IMG/VR virus record: IMGVR_UViG_3300046694_000136
Location: 124,001-188,000 of that record
Strand: one strand, 5' to 3'
DNA length: 64,000 nucleotides
The notes beneath the pieces were generated by a model. It was given only the letters and a program-made list of their open reading frames with translations, was not told where the DNA came from and ran no database searches. Of the stretch, positions 56,462 through 64,000 are shown in pieces; positions within the stretch are counted from its first letter, which is position 1, and the number at the start of each line of letters is the position of its first letter. The translations under genes were made by a program, and so were the position numbers.

Positions 56462-57927
56462 CTGATAAGAAGGTCGACAAGGCAGCTGACGTAGCGGTTA
56501 AGGACGCCGTTGTCAAAGTAAAGAAAGCGGCTGAGGCTGTGGCTGTTGCTGAGAAGGGCGCTCCGCCAGCACCTGTCGAAACCAAACCGAAAGAGAAACT
56601 GGTCATTCCTGATTTCGGTAAGTACCACGGCAGTTCTCGAATGAGAAAGGCGGTTGAAGACGCCCGGAAGAGCGGTCTTTCCGTAACCCCTGTAGAAAAG
56701 ATCAAGGGCCCTACCGTCGTTATTTCTGGCATGAGCATCAGCCCGGTCGCCACCGGTCTCAAGCCCACTGGTTCGTCGGGTGATACGTACGTCCACGACG
56801 GCAAAGAGTTCTACCTGCCCGGTCACTTGTTGTACAACGCTCATACCCGTCAAGGTGTTCTCGAAGACGAGCCGTGGATCCGGACCAGCAGTTATCAAGG
56901 TCCGGAAATGTCGTTGTTTGCCTTCGTGTACGACAACGATACGTTCTGGTTGCTGATGGACGAGAACTCTACATTCACTCGTGATGCGGATTCTTACTAC
57001 TGCCGTACCAAAGGCGGTCAGTTGGTCATGATCAACTCGGAAAGCCACAACGACCAGTTCATCGGCAATAACGTACTGGTTAACGTCGAGTCCCATGACA
57101 ACATCCTCAACCAGACCAACATCATCGTCAACTCGGCCCGTGTCGGTCAGGAACGTGGCTGGGGCGACTCCAGTCCGTTCAAGGTCGGTAGCAAGCGTCA
57201 GGTGTACAAACATCTCCGCATGAAGAAGGTGGACGCTATCGACTCGGAGCTGACTCGTGGTCGTTACTTCTCCAGTAACTTCACCAAGTCCACTGTTGAA
57301 GGCACCGGTACTTACGAAAGCTCTGTTGAAAGTACTTTCCTGACCGAATGCCGTATCCGCGGTAGCCGTGTTCTGTTGACAGGACTTACCGGTGAAGCGT
57401 TGAACTTTGACGCTGAAGGCGAGATCCTGGTCAAGGGTGTGGGTAACCTGAAACACCAACACTGGTCTTTCCCGAGCATCCACGTTACCAACCGGTTTGC
57501 TTTCACCGAGATCGACCACATTACCCGTCATGATCGCGGTATCAAGATGGTACGTATCAGTCCTACTGAAGTTGAAGTTGGGCTGGCCATGTGGAAGGAC
57601 GGTGTCAAGGTAACTATCAACGCTCCGCGCTTCACGGTGGAGAATGCGATCCTCGACGGCCTGCGCGATAGCCGCGACAAGAAGCCTGAGCCTGCTCCGG
57701 CACCGGTAGGTCCTTTCGGCTCGTACATCCCTCCGTATCAGTCGTTGGGCCCCCGTAGCTATTACGGCGAGAAGCCGGGTGAAACCATTCGCAACTTCAT
57801 GGACAACTACATCGTTGACCAAGTGGTATCGCGTCTGGGCGTGATCCAAATGCTGGATGAGGTCGAAAGCACTGCCAAAGACCTCGATCGTACCCACCCC
57901 CACGATCACATTAACTTCCTCGAGTAA
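56458..57927 (+). CDS. Hypothetical beta-helix-like protein, paralogue A
   Basis: AAGGA RBS; short Ser/Asn/Thr-rich periodic strands; colinear with the next gene. Confidence 0.75.
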   Translation: MTDKKVDKAADVAVKDAVVKVKKAAEAVAVAEKGAPPAPVETKPKEKLVIPDFGKYHGSSRMRKAVEDARKSGLSVTPVEKIKGPTVVISGMSISPVATGLKPTGSSGDTYVHDGKEFYLPGHLLYNAHTRQGVLEDEPWIRTSSYQGPEMSLFAFVYDNDTFWLLMDENSTFTRDADSYYCRTKGGQLVMINSESHNDQFIGNNVLVNVESHDNILNQTNIIVNSARVGQERGWGDSSPFKVGSKRQVYKHLRMKKVDAIDSELTRGRYFSSNFTKSTVEGTGTYESSVESTFLTECRIRGSRVLLTGLTGEALNFDAEGEILVKGVGNLKHQHWSFPSIHVTNRFAFTEIDHITRHDRGIKMVRISPTEVEVGLAMWKDGVKVTINAPRFTVENAILDGLRDSRDKKPEPAPAPVGPFGSYIPPYQSLGPRSYYGEKPGETIRNFMDNYIVDQVVSRLGVIQMLDEVESTAKDLDRTHPHDHINFLE

Positions 57928-57936
57928 CCCTCTGTA

Positions 57937-57964
57937 CCTAAGTAACCCCTAGGGGTTACTTAGG
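57937..57964 (+). terminator. 28-bp perfect palindrome
   Basis: CCTAAGTAACCCCTAGGGGTTACTTAGG. Confidence 0.75.
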
Positions 57965-57985
57965 GTCTAATTAAGGAAATGAGCT

Positions 57986-59344
57986 ATGACCAAGAAAACT
58001 GAAACCACTCCTGTTGAAAAGAAAGAAGTAGTTGCTCCGGTAGAAAGACGCCTGATCGGTCAAAAGGGTGTTATCGCTATTGGCGGGAAGATTCTGGAGC
58101 CCATTGCCCAGTTCGATAAGACTAACGGGCCGCTTTCCCATAACGGGGTTCTGTTAGTTGACTACAACTTTTCGCTGATAGGAGACAAGGCAGCCAAGCT
58201 TAGTCTCTATTCGTATACCGTGCGTAAAGACGGTAATGCGGAGGCAGTGGACCTTTTCATTCTGGCCGATGAATTATCCAGTCTGGATATGGAGGTTCCT
58301 GAGTATTTGGATTTTCAGGACCAGTCGTTTGCGGTTCTTACCCTGGTCAACTCATCCAGTAGGAATGACTACCTCCGTGGTGGGGTGGTATTGGTCAACG
58401 TGGCTACCACCGAGAATGCCTTTCAGGATTCTATTATTCAGATGCAAGGGCGTGGTTGGGGCGAGTCCCACGAAGTGATGCGGACTGACCCACTTTCTCG
58501 TCGTATTACCGTTAACAACGTCGACGCAAACAAGCTGAAGCTCCAGGGCCGACAACTGCCGCCGGGCATTTACCATGACGCTGACTTGTTCGAAAACACG
58601 TTCATTCGTGGTGAGCTGGAAGATGACGAACGACTCGTTACTATCAGCAACAGTACGATTCGCTGGAGTAGCTTCCGCGAGGGCGACATTACCATCACCA
58701 ACTCAATGGTCTCGCACACCGGTTTCCATTTCACCGGTGACGTTAAGTTGCACGGGGTTACTGTAGAGAGTGAGAACTTCGGTCATCTTCCGAGCATTTA
58801 TCTGAACAGTAAGTTTGACATGACGGCCATTGATGTAGCAGGTAAGAGTCAGGCCAAGATGATCCGGATTAATCAGGACAGAGTGATGATCACTCTTCCT
58901 TTATCCGAGGACAAGTATGGCACGCCCGGTCATACGCTTTGCACCATGTCTTTCCGTAATCCGCGTTCTCGCCGGGGTCTGCGTAACCAAGCCAATGACG
59001 TGTTGTTCGGGGATGACATGCCAAGTGAGATGGAGGAGAGTGTTCTCGACTATTTCGTGGATACCGTGTTGTCTCGTTGCAGCATGATGAACTTGGTGGA
59101 CAGCGCCAAGCGTCTGTTGAGTGGTAACTTGTTGGGAGTAAAAGAACCGCGTGCCCCACGTCCCCCAAGAGAGATGGGTCCTATGCAGCTTGCCCAGTCT
59201 GGACCTACCGGAGCTTTCTTCAGTCCGGGGCGTATGGACGAACGCGGGTTCGCGGAAAGTGCCGGTGATCTTTACGGCACTAGCACTGCCTTAGCAAATG
59301 AATACGACAAGACCATTTATATTGATAAGGTCACCAAATTTTAA
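57986..59344 (+). CDS. Hypothetical beta-helix-like protein, paralogue B
   Basis: AAGGA RBS; shares the NSxSxND..G..VLVNV, PSI...xF..T.ID and Y.VD.V.SR blocks with paralogue A. Confidence 0.75.
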   Translation: MTKKTETTPVEKKEVVAPVERRLIGQKGVIAIGGKILEPIAQFDKTNGPLSHNGVLLVDYNFSLIGDKAAKLSLYSYTVRKDGNAEAVDLFILADELSSLDMEVPEYLDFQDQSFAVLTLVNSSSRNDYLRGGVVLVNVATTENAFQDSIIQMQGRGWGESHEVMRTDPLSRRITVNNVDANKLKLQGRQLPPGIYHDADLFENTFIRGELEDDERLVTISNSTIRWSSFREGDITITNSMVSHTGFHFTGDVKLHGVTVESENFGHLPSIYLNSKFDMTAIDVAGKSQAKMIRINQDRVMITLPLSEDKYGTPGHTLCTMSFRNPRSRRGLRNQANDVLFGDDMPSEMEESVLDYFVDTVLSRCSMMNLVDSAKRLLSGNLLGVKEPRAPRPPREMGPMQLAQSGPTGAFFSPGRMDERGFAESAGDLYGTSTALANEYDKTIYIDKVTKF

Positions 59345-59357
59345 ACTCGAGGTATAA

Positions 59358-59849
59358 ATGTCCAAGCCCAAGCAAGATAACTACATCATCTATACGGATG
59401 GTGCTTGTAAGGGTAACCCGGGACGCGGCGGGTATGGTATCTATGCTCAGCTCGGGGATGTATTTACCGAGCTGAGTAAAGGCTATCACCACACCACCAA
59501 CAACCGTATGGAAATGATGGCAGTAATCGTAGCACTGGAAGAGTTCGGTCCTGGTATTAAGGTCGACATCTATACTGACTCCGATTACACCATCAAGTCC
59601 GCCACTAAGTGGGCTCGTGGGTGGGCGCGCAATAACTGGGTTACGTACAAGACTGGCCTACCGGTGAAGAACAAAGATCTTCACATGGTTATGTTCGAGT
59701 TGTTGAAACTGAACAAGGTCAAATTCCATTGGGTCCGTGGTCACTCCAAGATCCATGGTAACGAAGTAGCTGACAAACTGGCATCTGATGCCTGTGCAAA
59801 ACCAGAACTACAAGATACAGGTTACCTGCGGTCGATAGGGGCTATCTAA
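59358..59849 (+). CDS. rnhA: Ribonuclease HI
   Basis: YTDGACKGNPG, TTNNRME, YTDS and WVRGH..IHGNEVADKLA motifs. Confidence 0.97.
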   Translation: MSKPKQDNYIIYTDGACKGNPGRGGYGIYAQLGDVFTELSKGYHHTTNNRMEMMAVIVALEEFGPGIKVDIYTDSDYTIKSATKWARGWARNNWVTYKTGLPVKNKDLHMVMFELLKLNKVKFHWVRGHSKIHGNEVADKLASDACAKPELQDTGYLRSIGAI

Positions 59850-59880
59850 GCCCCTCTTTAATTGGATTAGGAGAAAAAGG

Positions 59881-60303
59881 ATGGATGGTACAGCTGTAGT
59901 AGAGGGCAACGCCAAAGTACAAGCGCTTTTTGAAGAGATCATGGGCATCGACAATAAGCGTAAGCACATCACCATACGCAACAAGTACGCAGTAGGGATA
60001 GTCCGGAAATTTCGAGAGATCTTCATTTACGATTATGATCGCTCGAGCCGCCCGTTGGTCAAGGTTAAGAAAGCCGGTCAGACTGTATTGTTACGGTTAG
60101 GGTTCGGGATCGACGAAACACTGGAGCTCCTGGAGAACCTACTGCGTATCATGCAAGCGTTTGGTACCCCTAAGGAAGAACCGATTGTACATCTTCCCAA
60201 GCCTATCCCTGTTGACGATCCTCGTAGTACCGTGGGGATCAACGAGGCCGGGAAGATCATCATGCACAGCATTACCGCTATTAAAAGACCGATTGCTCAA
60301 TAG
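59881..60303 (+). CDS. Hypothetical protein
   Basis: AGGAG RBS. Confidence 0.7.
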   Translation: MDGTAVVEGNAKVQALFEEIMGIDNKRKHITIRNKYAVGIVRKFREIFIYDYDRSSRPLVKVKKAGQTVLLRLGFGIDETLELLENLLRIMQAFGTPKEEPIVHLPKPIPVDDPRSTVGINEAGKIIMHSITAIKRPIAQ

Positions 60304-60329
60304 AACAACGAGAAGAATAAGGATTTTCC

Positions 60330-60614
60330 ATGTATTACTTTTTTAAGCATAACGGGGTATGGCGGTACAAGTACCCAGGGGATTTAAACGCTAAAACGAT
60401 TGACACCTTTGCGTTAGAGCGCGTATTGGGTGTGATGGGTGGTCCTGAAGTTATCGTGGTAAGAGCGCAACCTGATGGCAACGTTTATCATATTAACGTT
60501 AAGCACGGCTTCATCGACAAAGTTGAGCACGCGGATACTACAGTTGGTCCGTTGGCTGACGGCACAAACTACATTGAAGTAACTGAATTCCACGCTAAGG
60601 AAATTACCCTATGA
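60330..60614 (+). CDS. Hypothetical protein
   Basis: AAGGA RBS. Confidence 0.65.
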   Translation: MYYFFKHNGVWRYKYPGDLNAKTIDTFALERVLGVMGGPEVIVVRAQPDGNVYHINVKHGFIDKVEHADTTVGPLADGTNYIEVTEFHAKEITL

Positions 60615-61339
60615 CTGTTCCAGCGACTCTTCCGCTTTCTTTGCACCATGTCGACTCCTCTTGGGTTAATCAGCGTGCTAAAGAGCTGAGTGACACCCGT
60701 GGTCATAAACGTCCTGATGTTAAGGGCGCGTTGACTGAGATTGCCGACAAGTTTGTTGATGAGGTTGGTGATAACCTCGACGAATCCCGCGACTTGGCTG
60801 TATACCAGCCCTCCGGGGATACTGACCCGTACATCATTGCAGTTCCGATCAAAGATGCCGTGGTCGCTGTTGTAGAAGCTCCTGTGCCGGTTTCTATTCC
60901 AGTCGGTGGTGTGTACCGTCCACACGAAGTTCCTGAGACCATCCAGGAAGACTTCGAGAACTTCCTTTTCGAAACCGAAACGGGTGCAACTCCTGCTGAA
61001 CTGGAGAAGGACTCTACCGGACGCTATACCCACAAGAACATTCGACTGATGTGGTACGGGTTCAACCTCTACCACCAGAAGATGACCATGGCTCGCCGTG
61101 CAGAGTTCCGTGCTGCGTACCACAAGGCTCTGGGTAGCTACATCGTCGGTAAGGTGTACGAGAACGGTGCAACTGTCTTCACCAAGGTTCCTGTGCGCTA
61201 CCGTAATAAGGCGCAGGCACTGGAAGAGGCAAACCGTCTTCTGGAAGAACAAGGCGAGGCGTGGGCCGTGTGGCGCTGCATCGACATCTTCGGTAAGTTC
61301 GATGTTCGTGTTCCTGAAGAGGACGCTCCTCAAGAGTAA
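60611..61339 (+). CDS. Hypothetical protein
   Basis: AAGGA RBS; coupled to the upstream gene. Confidence 0.7.
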   Translation: MTVPATLPLSLHHVDSSWVNQRAKELSDTRGHKRPDVKGALTEIADKFVDEVGDNLDESRDLAVYQPSGDTDPYIIAVPIKDAVVAVVEAPVPVSIPVGGVYRPHEVPETIQEDFENFLFETETGATPAELEKDSTGRYTHKNIRLMWYGFNLYHQKMTMARRAEFRAAYHKALGSYIVGKVYENGATVFTKVPVRYRNKAQALEEANRLLEEQGEAWAVWRCIDIFGKFDVRVPEEDAPQE

Positions 61340-61376
61340 AGGATTTTATAGATTCTTAACTCGTCCGGGAACTGAA

Positions 61377-61805
61377 ATGGCCAGTAACGCAGGTTATGTC
61401 CAAGTCCTGTTGCAAGAACCAGAGCGAAGCGAAATCCTAGGGTTGTTGGTTCAGGCTAGTATTGAAATGCCCAAGTACCCTCTTCATTGCACTGTTATGT
61501 ATGACGAGCGCGATCTGGATGTTCCATTGTGCACTGTGAACCCCAATAAGGTTTACGAGGCCACTATCCAGAATGTTGAGGTGTTGGGTGACGGACTGGT
61601 GTTCCATTTGATCTCACCGAGTTTGGTGGAGGAACACTTGCGGTTGAAAGACCGAGGTTACCAATCTTCCTTCGCTGCTTATCTTCCTCATATGTCCATG
61701 ACGTATAAGTTCGATAAGTACGATACCCTTAAAGCAGACTTCTTGTTTGCTAACTGGGCAGGGCGTAAAGTTACCTTCAGTGAAGAGCAGTTTGGTGATA
61801 AATAG
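61377..61805 (+). CDS. acb1: 2H phosphoesterase, Acb1 (anti-CBASS nuclease, T4 gp57B)-like
   Basis: 142 aa from ATG 61377 with two HxT/S motifs (LHCTVMY, YLPHMSMTY), with size and spacing like Acb1. Confidence 0.75.
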   Translation: MASNAGYVQVLLQEPERSEILGLLVQASIEMPKYPLHCTVMYDERDLDVPLCTVNPNKVYEATIQNVEVLGDGLVFHLISPSLVEEHLRLKDRGYQSSFAAYLPHMSMTYKFDKYDTLKADFLFANWAGRKVTFSEEQFGDK

Positions 61806-61811
61806 GCAATA

Positions 61812-61837
61812 CCTGCCCAGTCCTAGGACTGGGCAGG
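61812..61837 (+). terminator. Palindromic terminator
   Basis: CCTGCCCAGTCCTAGGACTGGGCAGG followed by ..TATTATGCATTTT. Confidence 0.85.
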
Positions 61838-61860
61838 GTCTATTATGCATTTTATTTTTT

Positions 61861-61890
61861 AAGTTGCAGATTTACTCATGTCTATATTAC
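61861..61890 (+). promoter_or_regulatory. Extended early promoter AAGTTGCAGA-N10-TCTATATTAC
   Basis: Contains an exact TATATTAC; twin of 24515-24544. Confidence 0.75.
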
Positions 61891-61953
61891 TCGTGTGAAT
61901 AAACAACGCAATGTTTTAAACTCATTGTCTGTTAACTGTACTTGGAGAACGTT

Positions 61954-63279
61954 ATGACTACTACCAAACCGCAAATCGTTTTCGCTGATTCCCTGGAAGT
62001 TGTTAAAGAGCGCATCAAGGCCCTTCAGGCTGAGAAAACTCCTCGCAACGAAATCCTGATCCAACTGAACAAACTGATTCACGATGCCGAGCTGTTCTCC
62101 CAGAAACAACGGGCGAACGTGGTTCGTGAACTCAACAAAGACTTCGGTCTGAAAGTCAGCATGAGTGAAATCAAGCGGGCTATCAAAACCGTGAACACTG
62201 CGACGAAGCCTAACGAAAAGGCTACGCCGGTGGATGGTCTGGGCGGCAACGCTACTCTGGACCTGGCTGCAAAACCTCCTGTGGCGCCGGCAGCTGAAGA
62301 AGCTGCTGATGTAACTGCGGCTGCCGCTAAACCCGCCGCTGGCAAGGACACCGCCAGCAACAAACCTTCCACCACCACTACTTCGGAAAACACCACCATG
62401 GCCCCTGTAAAAGAAACCCTGAAACTCGTATCCGATCGCATCGCCGTTGACGCTCCTCGTTCCCACGAAGAAAAGGTCGGCGACCTGCTCGCCATCCTGG
62501 CCGGTGCCGGTGCTACCACTGAAGAAGCTCGCCAAGAGCTGATCAATGGTTTCATCGCTGCCAACCCGGCAATGAGCATCACCTGGAACCTGATGAAGAA
62601 CTACCCGCAAGGCGAAGCAGGCATCGTCGGCACTCTGGTTGCCTACATGGAAATCGATCCGGAAAACAAAGCCAAGTTCGAAGCCTACCTGGCCCCGATT
62701 GCTGGTGTTGACCAACCTGCTCCTCCTGCCGCTCCGGTTGCTGATCTCGGTACCGTCACCGCTGCCGCTGCTGTGGCCGCCAGTGCACCTGCCGCTCCTG
62801 CTCCTGGCATTCCTGGTGCCCCTGAAGTTTCGGTTGCTGTTGCGGTCGAAGCTCCTGGTCTGAAAGAACGCGTCATGACCACCATCCGCGGCAATCGCGA
62901 AACCGGCTTCTCCAGCGGCGTCGTGGCAGCAACTACCGCACTGGTCGGTGGCGGTCTGGAAATGGCATTCAAAGGCAACGCTACCATCGGTTCCGGCGTC
63001 GGCACTGCTGTAGGTGCTACTGGCGCTTACTTCCTGGCCGAGTCCACTGACAAGCTGATGGACAGCGAAACCGGTCGTTACCTGCTGGCTGGTGCTATCG
63101 GCGTCGTTGCTGGTGGTCTGGGTAGCCGTATCGGTCGCGGTGTGCAAGACGGTTACCTGAACCCGTCGTCTGAAGTTGCCGGCGCTCTGGAGACCCTTCC
63201 AGGCGCTCCGGTACCTGCTCCACAACCAGGCGGTCTGGTAGGTAACTCCGAAGCACTGCTGGGCATGTTCAATCTGTAA
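61954..63279 (+). CDS. Highly expressed early protein with Ala/Pro linkers and a C-terminal glycine-zipper membrane domain
   Basis: ATG 61954 after GGAG; strong codon bias; 'IRGNRETGF' plus GxxxG helices. Confidence 0.8.
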   Translation: MTTTKPQIVFADSLEVVKERIKALQAEKTPRNEILIQLNKLIHDAELFSQKQRANVVRELNKDFGLKVSMSEIKRAIKTVNTATKPNEKATPVDGLGGNATLDLAAKPPVAPAAEEAADVTAAAAKPAAGKDTASNKPSTTTTSENTTMAPVKETLKLVSDRIAVDAPRSHEEKVGDLLAILAGAGATTEEARQELINGFIAANPAMSITWNLMKNYPQGEAGIVGTLVAYMEIDPENKAKFEAYLAPIAGVDQPAPPAAPVADLGTVTAAAAVAASAPAAPAPGIPGAPEVSVAVAVEAPGLKERVMTTIRGNRETGFSSGVVAATTALVGGGLEMAFKGNATIGSGVGTAVGATGAYFLAESTDKLMDSETGRYLLAGAIGVVAGGLGSRIGRGVQDGYLNPSSEVAGALETLPGAPVPAPQPGGLVGNSEALLGMFNL

Positions 63280-63302
63280 TCTGTAACTGACACGCCCTTT
63301 AT

Positions 63303-63321
63303 AGGGAGCCTTCGGGTTCCC
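63303..63321 (+). terminator. UUCG-loop terminator
   Basis: AGGGAGCC-TTCG-GGTTCCCT followed by a T tract. Confidence 0.85.
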
Positions 63322-63348
63322 TTATTTTTTGTATATGAGGATTTCGTG

Positions 63349-63744
63349 ATGTCTGAAGGTTTTTCTGTAGTACAAGTTGAAGTAAAGAACGAAACAGGGA
63401 CCACCCTGCTTTACGTTAAATGCATTGAAGGGTTGAAAGTGGTTGGTCAGCCAGACATCATCGAGTTCACCGATAAGCCGTGGGAAGCAGATCGTCCGGT
63501 ACTCACCCACGACCTGTGGGAACGAGTGTACGCCGAGCTCTGTAACGAAGAACAGACTCAGACCTACCGTCGTCTCCGTGGTTACGAAGGCTGTGACAAG
63601 CCACGCCAGACCATTCAGGTTAACCGGGTGGATGTCACGGTGGATGGCTGGATCGTAACCACTCACATCTCTAAACGTTCTTCGACTCTGGTTGTCCAGT
63701 CTTTGCCAGAAAACAAGAACAAAATCATCTCCCTCAATTTCTAA
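63349..63744 (+). CDS. Hypothetical protein
   Basis: GAGGA RBS. Confidence 0.65.
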   Translation: MSEGFSVVQVEVKNETGTTLLYVKCIEGLKVVGQPDIIEFTDKPWEADRPVLTHDLWERVYAELCNEEQTQTYRRLRGYEGCDKPRQTIQVNRVDVTVDGWIVTTHISKRSSTLVVQSLPENKNKIISLNF

Positions 63745-63754
63745 GGAATTCTCC

Positions 63755-64000
63755 ATGACAACTGATTCTGTTCCTAAAGATATCTGGCAGGCTACCTTTA
63801 AAGAACTGCTGGAAAAGTTCAATGAGCGTTTCGTTGTGCCAGCTCATACAGAACAACCCCAAGGCGTGTACCAGTGGCCGCTGGGTAGCCACACCCTTGA
63901 AGTAGTGTTCCACGACAACCAGCAACCCTACGTCGTGCCCTTCACTATTTTCAAGAGCAAGACAGAAGTGCTGGGTCAAGGGTGTTTCGATACCCAGTTG
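63755..64000 (+). CDS. Hypothetical protein, 3' truncated by the window end
   Basis: AAGGA RBS; ATG 63755 (MTTDSVPKDIW...) is open to the window end; not in the ORF track. Confidence 0.65.
   Translation, partial: MTTDSVPKDIWQATFKELLEKFNERFVVPAHTEQPQGVYQWPLGSHTLEVVFHDNQQPYVVPFTIFKSKTEVLGQGCFDTQL

Noticed and set aside
61098-61376. Upstream extension of the Acb1-like ORF, or a frameshift fusion with 60611..61339
   Set aside because: The sequence is an off-frame read of the upstream gene, I found no slippery site, and the domain starts at ATG 61377.
1-64000. CRISPR array, tRNA/rRNA, intron/intein, IS or integrase, DGR
   Set aside because: I saw no regularly spaced direct repeats, cloverleafs, split conserved genes, transposase, integrase or reverse-transcriptase motifs by eye. 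The palindromes are dispersed and intergenic.
1-64000. Alternative genetic code (stop reassignment)
   Set aside because: Standard code 11 gives full-length, densely packed genes that use all three stop codons.

Overview
A gene-dense, about 50% GC segment of a phiKZ-related jumbo myophage (Chimalliviridae-like). An EL/OBP-type Pseudomonas or other gammaproteobacterial phage is my best guess; chimallin and PhuZ are not in this window. Left to right it holds: a head/inner-body protein cluster with repeated G-x-E prohead-protease sites; baseplate-type genes; a DnaB helicase divergent from the major capsid protein (MCP) operon; a non-virion RNA polymerase beta subunit; a block of early genes; a portal/partner pair; RuvC; a holin-like gene and an overlapping spanin pair; four related tail-fibre proteins; a baseplate spike; SbcC; an active plus degenerate nucleotidyltransferase pair; an NAD-dependent ligase; two beta-helix paralogues; RNase H; an Acb1-like anti-CBASS 2H phosphoesterase; and glycine-zipper membrane proteins. 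The top finding is that the MCP ends in an in-frame slippery heptamer, C-CCA-AAC. The -1 frame adds a short tail (RTVIPPTFYGQLTFPENRS) that matches a motif repeated three times at the C-terminus of another virion protein ([IL]P[ED]TDYGRLxWP). This suggests a frameshift-dosed peptide docking tag shared between virion parts. phiKZ gp numbers are from recall and synteny, not from searches.
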